Shown here: positions 27,537 through 36,647 of the stretch, piece after piece
Numbering within the stretch: position 1 is the stretch's first letter
Layout of the letters: each line of letters starts with the position of its first letter
IMG/VR virus record: IMGVR_UViG_3300005337_000019
Span: 18,991 to 82,990 of that record
Direction: 5' to 3' (one strand)
Length of the DNA: 64,000 nt
From: a virus
The notes under the pieces: model-generated
Told to the model about the DNA's origin: nothing
The model's input: only the letters and a program-made list of their open reading frames with translations
Database searches by the model: none
Position numbers and translations under genes: made by a program

Positions 27537-27949
27537 AGGCGCTCGTTGCCTACTACTTTGGCGCCCCGCTCGACGATGCTGGCAAGCGGACAGCGCCCGG
27601 CAAGAGCGCATGTGATCTTTGCAAAAGCCAGGGCCTCCAGGCGGGGCTTCCGATCAAGAGGGACCCCGCCGAACAGGTTTGTCTCGCGAACCGCGCGGCA
27701 GGGCCGGGCGGCTGCGTCAATCCGGAGCCGACGATCCATTACCGCCTCGCGGGGTTGTGGCGCGTCTTCGGACTCGTGCAGGGCGATTACCGGCCCGATG
27801 GTCTGACCGGACGGTGGCAACGACCGTCCTGGGATGCCATCGAGACCATGGTCGTCGGCTGTGGCGAGCCGTGGGACGACATCACGATCTCGCGCATTTG
27901 GGCGTGGCTCGACGGCTTCGAATCTCGGTTGCCGAAGCCGAAGAAGTGA
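27527..27949 (+). CDS. gpT-like extension made by -1 programmed frameshift (G-T fusion 27117..27949)
   Basis: GGGAAAC at 27527-27533; the -1 frame (ORF 27266..27949) is open to 27949. Confidence 0.8.
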   Translation, partial: GKLEALVAYYFGAPLDDAGKRTAPGKSACDLCKSQGLQAGLPIKRDPAEQVCLANRAAGPGGCVNPEPTIHYRLAGLWRVFGLVQGDYRPDGLTGRWQRPSWDAIETMVVGCGEPWDDITISRIWAWLDGFESRLPKPKK

Positions 27950-27961
27950 AGGAGCCGCGCC

Positions 27962-28357
27962 ATGAAGAAGACGATCGCCACCTTCGCGATGTGCATCGCC
28001 GGTGCCCTTGCCGCGCTTTTGTGCGCGCAGGAGGCGCCGGCGCCCGCGCGTGTCGTCGTCCCGCTGTCGAGTGCCAAGCGCGCATGCACCTTCGCGCGCG
28101 GTGCGCGCTCCGTCTTTTACGAACGGCTGTATGTCGTGGCGAAGAAGGAAGTGCCCGCCGGCGAGCCGGATGAGTGGTGGGGCATCTTCCCCGACCGCAA
28201 ACAATCTCGTGATGCGAACGGCCTCCTGCGCGCGGTGAATGTGCCCGCGGCGGAGGTGCTGTTTACCGACCCCCACGACGGTCCGCTTTTTAGTGGGTCG
28301 TGCAAATGCCCGCCGGGGATGTGGACCGGCATTCCAGCAACGAGCGCGGTGCAATAG
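27962..28357 (+). CDS. small exported protein (moron-like)
   Basis: AAGGAG SD; signal peptide MKKTIATFAMCIAGALAALLCA. Confidence 0.65.
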   Translation: MKKTIATFAMCIAGALAALLCAQEAPAPARVVVPLSSAKRACTFARGARSVFYERLYVVAKKEVPAGEPDEWWGIFPDRKQSRDANGLLRAVNVPAAEVLFTDPHDGPLFSGSCKCPPGMWTGIPATSAVQ

Positions 28358-28359
28358 CG

Positions 28360-31300
28360 ATGGACATCGTTCAGGGCGTTCGCATTGAGGTTCAGACGAA
28401 GGGTACCGACAAGGTCGGCACTCTGAGCCGAAGTGTCGAAACGCTGATCGAAAAAGTCGGTGGCCTGAATAACCTGTCTCTCGCCGGGCTGACCTCCAAC
28501 TTGAACAGCGCCGCGCAAGCCGCGGCGAATCTCGTCAAGTCCATCAGCGGAACCGCAGTGACGCAACAGACCGCGCAGATGGGCCGCTCCGTCACGGCGG
28601 CCGCCGAAACGAGCTCGCGTGCCGTGGATCGCGCCGCGGCGCAGCAGGAACGTGCCGCCAAACGCGCCGCCGACACGCAGGCGCGGGAAGCGAAGCGCGC
28701 GGCCGACGCTGCTGAGCGCGAGCAGAAGCGGGCGACGGACGCCGCCGAGCGCGAGCAGAAGCGACTCACCGATGCGGCGGAACGGGAGCACCGCCGCATG
28801 ACGGCGGCTGTTGAACGCGAGGCGCGCAAGCGCCAGGCGGCCATCGAGCGCGAGGCCCGCGCCGAAGAGCGCGAGATGATGAACCTCGCCACGCGCGCCG
28901 CGCGAGGAGTGCAGCGCAACTTTGCGCTCGGCAAGCTCACGGACGGGCAAACGTCGACGCTCGGCAGCCTCGGTCTCTCGGCCTCCAGTCTTGCCGGGAT
29001 GGCGACGAAAGACGCGGCGAAGGCCATCAACGAAGCGTTGGGCAACATCCCGGACAAAGCGGAACGCACGCGCATGGCGTTTCAGCTCATGGGGCAGGCC
29101 GCGCAGTCGGCGACGCCGCAGATCAATTCCCTGAGCGGCGGCCTGATCGTCCTCCTACAGTCCTTCATGAAGGGCGGCACGAGCGGCATGTCGGCGGCGC
29201 TCGGCGCGCTGATCAACCCGTTGACGATCATCCTTGCCCTCGTCTTCGCCGTGACGGCCGCGTTCCGGATTCTCGTCAACGTCATCTCCATGGTCGCGAG
29301 CGCGATGTACGAGGCCGGGAAGACGGGGCTCGAGTACAACGCGTTTCTCCTTGAAGCGAAGCTCGGCATCGGCTCGCTGCTGATGACCTACGGCCGATGG
29401 ATCGACGGGCAGGGGCGCGTTATCGATTCGTCCCGCGCCTTTGTGCGCGCGCAGCAGTTGTCGGTGCAGGTGCTCGAGCAGGCCCGCATCGCCGCGCTGG
29501 AGACCACCGCCACATTCCCGGAAATGGTGAGAGGGCTTCAAGAGGGCATGGGTCCGGCCCTGCAGGCCGGCTTCAACCCGACGCAGGTGGTGAGGTTCAC
29601 GCAGGCGATGACGCAGGCCGCCGGCGCGATCGGCATGCCGTTCGAACAGCTCGGCCAAGAAATCCGCGGCGTGTTCGAATTCGACTTCTCCAAGAACAGC
29701 CGCATCAGCCGCATGCTGTTTCAGGGCATGGGCAAGAGCGCCGAGGAGCTGCGCACGCAGTTCGCGGCGATGAGCTCCGCCGCGCGGTTCGATTTCATCA
29801 TGGACCGGCTGAAGGCGTTCAGCCTCGCCGGCGATCAGCTCGCGCGCACGCCCAAGGGCGCGCTGTCGAACCTCAAGGACGCGTATCAGCAGATTCTCGG
29901 CGCCGGCACGGTGAAGCTGACGGACGACTTCACGAAGGCGGTGCTGCGCCTGTCCAACTCGTTCCTGATCGTTGGGAAGAACGGCGAGAAGGCATTCAAT
30001 CCGTTCCTCATCGAGGCGATCAAAAAGACGTACGACAGCGTCGACCGTCTCGGCATGAGGGTGCTCGATCTCGCCGAGGCGTTCTCCGCGCTCGTTCCGT
30101 TCGTGTCGTTGGACTTCAAAGGCGACACCACTTTTGAGCGCCTGTCGGACGCGATCAGCGACGCCACGCACAAGCTGCGCGAATACGCCGAAATCCTGCG
30201 CGACATCAGCAACCACCCGTGGAGCTGGGCGAGCACCGGCGCCACCGCGGGATTGATGGGGATGATGCCGTTCGGCACGCCGCTCGCCGCGCTCATCCTG
30301 AAATTGCGCGGAGCGACGAGCGGCCAATCCGCGAGCGCACGGGTCAGCGAAGAGGACGACTGGCTCAAGGACATCGCCGATCCGAAGGTCGCGAAGTGGA
30401 TTGCCGAGAACAGCACGGAGAACGGAGACCGGCGGTGGATTCGCGAGAACATCTCGTGGCTCAAGCAACTGCGCATTCAGTCCGGCGGGCCGGCGGCAGA
30501 AGAAGGTGCCATGCCGAACACCGGCAACGTCGACGCCTACTACCTGCAATACGACAAGCCCGACGACGCCGACACGGCCCACAAGATCGAGCAGATGAGG
30601 CAGGGTGTCGAAACGGCGCAGCAGCAGGCCAAGCTCGCGGGTACGGTGAACCAGTACGACCGCGAAAACCTCCAGCTCAAGATCGCGATCGGCAACGCCG
30701 ACGAGAAGCTCCTGAAATCGCGCGCCGAAGCCGAGAAGATGGAGGGCTCGGCGAAGCAAAAGACCGAGCTCCTGGCGCTTGCGCAGAAGCAATCGGATGC
30801 CGACAAGCTCGCCGCGCAGAACGCCTACAGCGTGGCGATGGATCGCATCTCGCGCCAGGCGAACGAACAAGTTCGGTCCGCGCAGGCGCAGCTCGAGATC
30901 ACCCGCATGCAGATCGGTGCGGCGGGCAAGCTCGATGAGCTCGTGCGCGCGCGCGTAAATCACAACGTGGCGCTTGCGAACATCGAGAACGAGCGTCTGT
31001 CGACGCGCGCCGGCATCGACCCCGGCAACCCGAACAAGGGGCGTCTGGAGAGCCTTGCCGATCAGACCGCGGCGGCGAAGCGCACGGCGGAAAACGTCGC
31101 GTACGAGGAATCGATCGCGGAGACCACGCGGCAGCAGGAAGAGCAGACGCGCGCGATGAAGTTCTCGGCCGACCAGGCCGAACGGAACCTCAGCCTCGCC
31201 CACGCGACCTTCGATGTGGAGAAGGCGAAGACGGCGGAGATTCTGACGCAGGGCGACGCAGCCCGGCTCGCGATCACGCAGCGCATCGCGGCCGAGACCG

Positions 31301-34152
31301 AGTACGAGAACAAGCGTCTGGAGATCGAGGAGAACACTCGCAAGGCGATCGCCGAGCAGCAGGCCCTCATCAAAAGCTCCGAGCGGCGCATCGAACTGCA
31401 CGTTGCGCTACCGGAAGACACGCAGGCGATCCAGCGCGCGACCGATCGCATCAAGGAAATCACGCGCAAGGGCACCGCGGAGATCGAGACCGAGCGCGTG
31501 AACCGCGACACGAAAATCATGCAGGTCTACGCCGAGATGCAGAAGACGATGCGCACCTCTCGGCAGCAGACCGAAGAGGCGCGCGCCGCGCAGGTGGCCG
31601 GCGATGAGGCGGAACGTGGCCTCGAAATCGCGCGCGCCACGCTCGATGTCGAGAGGGCGCGGTCGGCCGAGATCATGACGCAGGCCAACGCCTCACGCAT
31701 GGCGAGCGCCGAGCGTCTCGTCGCCGAGCAGGAGTTCGAATCGAAGCGCATCGCGATCGCCGAGGAAGCAAACAAACAGATCGCCGAACAGCGGTCGATC
31801 ATCGATACGGCGACGCAGCGCATCAACGGGAATTTCGACGGGATCGCGGCGACGCCGGCGGACTATCAGGCGTTGGATCGCGCGATCGCGCGCATTCGCG
31901 AGATTCAGCGCAAGGCGAACGCCGACACGCTGAAGGAGCGGCTGCAGCTCAACGCGAATACCACGAACATCGACATCAATGAACAGCGCAACCGGCAGGA
32001 GGCCCTCAACACGCTCCGCGGCGATTCGTACGCCATCGAGCTCGCCGAGAAGATCATCCATGAGCGGGCGAAGGGCACGATCGAAGGCGCCGAGGCGGCG
32101 CGCTCTGCGGCGCACCTGCTGCGCATCTACCTCGACACGCTCGATCTGATCGAGGACCACTGGAAGAACGTCGCTCAATCCATGGCGGACTCGGTCACCT
32201 CGGCATTCGAAACGATGCTGCGCGGCGGCAAGCTGGCGGACGTGGCGAAGGCCATCGGAGAGGTTTGGCAAAAGAACGCGCTGGGCGACATCAGTGAATG
32301 GCTGAAGAACTGGGCCGGCAAGGTGGCGAACGCGGCGAACGGCCGCGACGCCAACGGTAACGTGATCCCGGACGGCTCCCCTGGCGCGAAAGGCTCGCCC
32401 GAGCAGAAACGCGCGATGGTCAAGCTCGGCGCAGCGCAATCGGTCGGTGCTGGCCTTGCCGGCTATGCCGCGGGGCAGGGCGGCGGAGCTGCGACCGCGT
32501 CGGCCGTCGCCGCGTTCGCATCGGGGCTGATGTCCGGAAACATCTACGTCGCGATCGCTGCCGCGATTGCGTCGCTGATCGGATCGGCGATCGCCGGCGA
32601 GCAGAAACGCGCCAACTACAAATACGGCGTTCCCACCTTCCTCGGAAATGGGCAGGTGGACGTGCAGGGCACGCGCAACATCGAGAAGCCCGAGCGCGAC
32701 GCGATGATTTCGAAGTTCCAGAGTCAGTTTAATGACCAGTGGAACGCCTGGGTGAACATCGCGCTCAAGCTGCCGGGCACCAAAATCCCGAAGCTGGACA
32801 CGGCGTTCACGCCGTACTCTCGCGACTATTTCCAACCCGAGGCGTCGCAGAACTTCCTCAAGCACTGGGACGAATACCTCGCCAACACGTTGCCCGACGA
32901 GATCGCCGGCAAGTTCAAAGACGGCCTCCGTGCGTCGTTCATCGACGCGATGGCGACGATGGCCCGAGGTCCTGTAACGGCAGACGTGAAGAAGCTGCTC
33001 GGCGCGCAGTTCGATAAGTTTTGGGCCGAAGCCGACAAACTCGACGCAAACAAGCGGACGCAGTTCTGGAGCGATCTCGCGGACGGTCTCAACGCCTTCG
33101 CCAACGCGCAGCGCCGCCTGAAGAACGTCGGCCTCGCGATGGGCAACCTGTCGGCCGCACGCTTCGACGAGAACGGCAATTTCAAACAGAACGGCGATTC
33201 CGACTTCGTCTCGACGCTCAAGCAAGGCACGCAGGGCATCTTCGATCAGGCGCGCGCAATGGTGAACCTCACGGGTCCGGATCGCGTTGCCGCGTTCAAG
33301 CAACTGGGGCAATCGATCGAACAGGTGACCAAGTCGCTGAGCGACTACATCGCCCACATCGGCGAGGTGCTGCGCAACCTGCGCAACAGCTTCGACGACG
33401 CTTACTACCAGCACAAGCTCTTCATGGCCGGCGAGGTTCAGGACGCGAACGGCAACGTGATCCATCCGGCCGACAAGAACGCGCAAGCGCGGATCATGGA
33501 GGAGGAGTACAACCGAACCGTCAACAAAATCCAGAACGCGGCATCGCTCGGCCTGAGCGCCGACGAAGTGGAGGCACTGACCAACAAGGCGATGGGCCTG
33601 CTCAACGACATCTTCATGCTCGACCCGACCGCGAAGGCGGATGCGTGGTGGGCAGATCAGATGGCCGTTCTCGACCGGCTGAGCCAGCAGTCGATTCTCG
33701 AGCTCGGTGAGAGGGCAAAGAGCGCGGTCGACAAGCTCTTGCTGGAGGTGCAGCCGTTCGTCGATTGGTTCAACGGTCTGCCCGTCGATCTGAAGGCCGC
33801 GCAGGCCGAGCTCACCGGGCCGGGAGGAGCGTTCGACGGATTCGCTCAGGCGCTCGAGGACCTGACGAAGCGCATCAACGAAACCTTGCCGGGCGGCGGC
33901 ACGACGCCGAGCGGTCCCGGCACTGGCGGCAACGGTCCTGGCGATGGCGGCACCGGCGGCGAAAAGAATCAGGACCTTCGCACTGGGTCCTCTTTCTCGG
34001 CATCCTCTGCGGCGGTGGTCACGTCCGCCGGCGACACGTACAACTTCTACTTTGGAAACGTCTACGGCGTGGATGACCTTCAGGGACAGATCCTCGCCGC
34101 GATCGAGTATGCGGCCAACAGCAAGCCGCAAATCCTACAGAGGAAATGGTGA
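28360..34152 (+). CDS. tail tape measure protein
   Basis: about 1930 aa, Ala-rich helical, hydrophobic segments, follows chaperones. Confidence 0.93.
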   Translation: MDIVQGVRIEVQTKGTDKVGTLSRSVETLIEKVGGLNNLSLAGLTSNLNSAAQAAANLVKSISGTAVTQQTAQMGRSVTAAAETSSRAVDRAAAQQERAAKRAADTQAREAKRAADAAEREQKRATDAAEREQKRLTDAAEREHRRMTAAVEREARKRQAAIEREARAEEREMMNLATRAARGVQRNFALGKLTDGQTSTLGSLGLSASSLAGMATKDAAKAINEALGNIPDKAERTRMAFQLMGQAAQSATPQINSLSGGLIVLLQSFMKGGTSGMSAALGALINPLTIILALVFAVTAAFRILVNVISMVASAMYEAGKTGLEYNAFLLEAKLGIGSLLMTYGRWIDGQGRVIDSSRAFVRAQQLSVQVLEQARIAALETTATFPEMVRGLQEGMGPALQAGFNPTQVVRFTQAMTQAAGAIGMPFEQLGQEIRGVFEFDFSKNSRISRMLFQGMGKSAEELRTQFAAMSSAARFDFIMDRLKAFSLAGDQLARTPKGALSNLKDAYQQILGAGTVKLTDDFTKAVLRLSNSFLIVGKNGEKAFNPFLIEAIKKTYDSVDRLGMRVLDLAEAFSALVPFVSLDFKGDTTFERLSDAISDATHKLREYAEILRDISNHPWSWASTGATAGLMGMMPFGTPLAALILKLRGATSGQSASARVSEEDDWLKDIADPKVAKWIAENSTENGDRRWIRENISWLKQLRIQSGGPAAEEGAMPNTGNVDAYYLQYDKPDDADTAHKIEQMRQGVETAQQQAKLAGTVNQYDRENLQLKIAIGNADEKLLKSRAEAEKMEGSAKQKTELLALAQKQSDADKLAAQNAYSVAMDRISRQANEQVRSAQAQLEITRMQIGAAGKLDELVRARVNHNVALANIENERLSTRAGIDPGNPNKGRLESLADQTAAAKRTAENVAYEESIAETTRQQEEQTRAMKFSADQAERNLSLAHATFDVEKAKTAEILTQGDAARLAITQRIAAETEYENKRLEIEENTRKAIAEQQALIKSSERRIELHVALPEDTQAIQRATDRIKEITRKGTAEIETERVNRDTKIMQVYAEMQKTMRTSRQQTEEARAAQVAGDEAERGLEIARATLDVERARSAEIMTQANASRMASAERLVAEQEFESKRIAIAEEANKQIAEQRSIIDTATQRINGNFDGIAATPADYQALDRAIARIREIQRKANADTLKERLQLNANTTNIDINEQRNRQEALNTLRGDSYAIELAEKIIHERAKGTIEGAEAARSAAHLLRIYLDTLDLIEDHWKNVAQSMADSVTSAFETMLRGGKLADVAKAIGEVWQKNALGDISEWLKNWAGKVANAANGRDANGNVIPDGSPGAKGSPEQKRAMVKLGAAQSVGAGLAGYAAGQGGGAATASAVAAFASGLMSGNIYVAIAAAIASLIGSAIAGEQKRANYKYGVPTFLGNGQVDVQGTRNIEKPERDAMISKFQSQFNDQWNAWVNIALKLPGTKIPKLDTAFTPYSRDYFQPEASQNFLKHWDEYLANTLPDEIAGKFKDGLRASFIDAMATMARGPVTADVKKLLGAQFDKFWAEADKLDANKRTQFWSDLADGLNAFANAQRRLKNVGLAMGNLSAARFDENGNFKQNGDSDFVSTLKQGTQGIFDQARAMVNLTGPDRVAAFKQLGQSIEQVTKSLSDYIAHIGEVLRNLRNSFDDAYYQHKLFMAGEVQDANGNVIHPADKNAQARIMEEEYNRTVNKIQNAASLGLSADEVEALTNKAMGLLNDIFMLDPTAKADAWWADQMAVLDRLSQQSILELGERAKSAVDKLLLEVQPFVDWFNGLPVDLKAAQAELTGPGGAFDGFAQALEDLTKRINETLPGGGTTPSGPGTGGNGPGDGGTGGEKNQDLRTGSSFSASSAAVVTSAGDTYNFYFGNVYGVDDLQGQILAAIEYAANSKPQILQRKW

Positions 34153-34715
34153 TTTCAATGGTGCTACATCTCATCGCCTGGGTCGTCGTTGCGTACGTCA
34201 CGATGTCGGCAACCGAGTACGTCTCTCACCGCTGGTTCATGCATCGGCCGATTGCGGCGCGCTGGCCTGCGCTGACGCAATTTCCGCGTCTGCAATGGCT
34301 GTGGGGGATCGTACGGCACGCGTACGCCAGGCACGCCGTGCTGCATCACGGTCGGCACTACGGGCGCTCCTTTGAGCGTTCGGACGACCCTGAAGCGCAG
34401 CACACCAGCGTGGATGTGACCCCCGCCGAGATGCTCGTCGGGCTGGCGCCATTGTGGTTGCCGGTGTTCTTTTTCGTGAGTTGGACGGGCGGCGTGATTC
34501 TGGCGATGACGTTCGTCGCCCACGGCTTCGCGTGGGGCGTGTTGCATCGCGAAATGCACGAACCGCAAGGCCGTTGGTTTGCCACGACGCGTCTCTATCG
34601 GTTCTTTCGCGGCTACCACGCCGCGCATCACGCGCACGTGAATCGGAACTTCAACGCGATTTTCCCGTTGTTTGACCACCTTTTCGGCACCTACGGAGGG
34701 CGCACCGTTGCGTGA
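34146..34715 (+). CDS. fatty acid hydroxylase / sterol desaturase superfamily membrane di-metal enzyme
   Basis: EYVSHRWFMH, HAVLHH, LHREMH, YHAAHH, NFNAIFPLFDHLFGT; hydrophobic helices. Confidence 0.88.
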   Translation: MVISMVLHLIAWVVVAYVTMSATEYVSHRWFMHRPIAARWPALTQFPRLQWLWGIVRHAYARHAVLHHGRHYGRSFERSDDPEAQHTSVDVTPAEMLVGLAPLWLPVFFFVSWTGGVILAMTFVAHGFAWGVLHREMHEPQGRWFATTRLYRFFRGYHAAHHAHVNRNFNAIFPLFDHLFGTYGGRTVA

Positions 34716-35301
34716 TCTCTCCAACCTTGAGGGGAAGCACACCGCGTCGGAAAACAACGCGCCGGTGTCGCTCGTCGCGATGGAGTTTCCCGGCAACCCC
34801 TACTACATGACGGACATCGACGCCGACTTCGGCGACGTGTATCTCAACCGCTCGAGCGGCGCGATGCAGCACGTGCCGGCTACGGGGTTCGATCTGTTCC
34901 TTCCGACGCCCGGCCTCAAGGTGCCGACCATCACCCTCTCCGACCAAACTATTCAGGACGACATGACGATCACCATCGCGAATCCGAATCGCGCATGGTT
35001 TCAGATCGTGGGCGCGAACGCATACCGCGATTCCCTCGTCACGGTGTGGCAGGGGCAGCTCGACGTGAGCTCGAGCTCACCTGAGCTCTTCAACTTCACC
35101 GAAGGCGGCGTGCGCCTCTACGTCGGCCGCGTCTCGGGCAATCTGCATGTCACGCGCGAGACGGCGACGATTCTCGTAAAGCCGCACGTCGTGCCGTTCA
35201 CGGTCACCATCCCTTACCGGATTCACGATGCCTCGCAATTCAAACGCCTCCCGCCGGCGAACAAAAAGCTGACGTGGGGATTCACGGTGCGGACGGAGTA
35301 G
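34708..35301 (+). CDS. tail tip / baseplate hub-like protein
   Basis: GGAGG SD plus TTG start; position in tail tip cluster. Confidence 0.55.
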   Translation: MRDLSNLEGKHTASENNAPVSLVAMEFPGNPYYMTDIDADFGDVYLNRSSGAMQHVPATGFDLFLPTPGLKVPTITLSDQTIQDDMTITIANPNRAWFQIVGANAYRDSLVTVWQGQLDVSSSSPELFNFTEGGVRLYVGRVSGNLHVTRETATILVKPHVVPFTVTIPYRIHDASQFKRLPPANKKLTWGFTVRTE

Positions 35302-35307
35302 AGACCG

Positions 35308-36027
35308 ATGCCGCGCTCCTACATGCCCGCTTTCCCCGACATCCGCGGTCAGAAGTATGAACGGACGCCGATCAGCGAGACGCAGTCATCGCCGCTCGAC
35401 ACCGCCGGTGATGTGCACGGCATCACTGGCACCGTCATCTCGTCCGGGACCGATGGCGAGATTCGCCTGCCCGTCATCCGACGCTACCGCTACCGCCTGG
35501 GATGGGACCTTGTGTCCACCGAGCAGGCCGTCGACATCGAATATGCGGCGCTCTACCTCTGCGCGGACGGCACGGGCGTCTGCCCGTTCATTGAATGGGA
35601 GGTAACGGACGAGAGCGATTATCCGATCGTCGAGTCGGTCGGAAATCCGACGTTCGCGTTTCCGCTGATCCAGCCCGACCTCGATGCCGGAAGCATCATT
35701 TTCGTCCACTGGTGGGAAGTTCGGAGCTTCACGCTCGTCGACTTCGGTGGCGGAGCGATCGATCAAGGGTGGCCCGAACCGGACGGATCGAGTTACGTCG
35801 TCACCCAGGACGATACGTGGCTCGGAAACATCCCGTCGATGCATGTTCCTGACTGGGCGCCCGACACGATCGGCGGTGCCTACGTGCAAGGTCGGCGGAT
35901 TCGCATCGTGACGACCGAAGCGGGATCGTATGTGCGCGAAAAGACGAAACAGCCCGACCGCTGGTCGGTCAGCGTGACGCTGATCGAAAAGGAGACCGGC
36001 ATCGCGCCGGGATACGCGCGCGCATGA
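35308..36027 (+). CDS. minor tail protein
   Basis: position; RRYRYRLGW resembles distal-tail proteins. Confidence 0.55.
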   Translation: MPRSYMPAFPDIRGQKYERTPISETQSSPLDTAGDVHGITGTVISSGTDGEIRLPVIRRYRYRLGWDLVSTEQAVDIEYAALYLCADGTGVCPFIEWEVTDESDYPIVESVGNPTFAFPLIQPDLDAGSIIFVHWWEVRSFTLVDFGGGAIDQGWPEPDGSSYVVTQDDTWLGNIPSMHVPDWAPDTIGGAYVQGRRIRIVTTEAGSYVREKTKQPDRWSVSVTLIEKETGIAPGYARA

Positions 36028-36647
36028 CGGCTTTCATCGATCTCTCGCCCGACACGCTCGGCGTCGGCAACAAGTACCGCATGGTGCCGTTGTGGGGGCC
36101 GAAGTCCGTGCACTCGCGTGGCGCGCCGCAGTTCACCGGCTTCCGAAAGTTCCGGCGCCCGCGGTTCACGTTCGACCTGGCGTGGACGCAACTCGAAAAG
36201 CCGATCGCGCAGGAGATCGATCGACACGTGCGCGCGCAACTCGCCACGGTGTTCCCGTTTGATTGGTTCGACTGGTATTCGTGGTGGTGGCAGTCGGTCC
36301 TCGTTGGCGTTGGCAACGGCGTCACGGTGCAATGGGTTTTGCCGGCGAAGGACGTAACCGACGTGACCATCTACACCGGCGGCGCAACGCTCGCCGGCGG
36401 TGCGAACGATCGGCAACTGATCGGCGGCAACATCGAATATCGCATCGGCCCGAACCTCGAGGACGGCGTCACGCTCTTTTCGCCGCCGCCGGCGGGGCGA
36501 CCGATTTGGGCGTACTTCCGCGGCCGCCGCCGCTGGAACGTCACGATCGAATCCGACCTGCAGCAGGCGCTCAGCCGCGACCTCGATACCGGTCTCTACT
36601 CGGTTCCGATGCGCATCATTCAGACGAAACCAACGGTGACCGCATGA
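36024..36647 (+). CDS. distal tail protein (DUF2460-like)
   Basis: RPRFTFDLAW...FPFDWFD...VGVGNGVTVQW...VTLFSPPPAG. Confidence 0.65.
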   Translation: MTAFIDLSPDTLGVGNKYRMVPLWGPKSVHSRGAPQFTGFRKFRRPRFTFDLAWTQLEKPIAQEIDRHVRAQLATVFPFDWFDWYSWWWQSVLVGVGNGVTVQWVLPAKDVTDVTIYTGGATLAGGANDRQLIGGNIEYRIGPNLEDGVTLFSPPPAGRPIWAYFRGRRRWNVTIESDLQQALSRDLDTGLYSVPMRIIQTKPTVTA

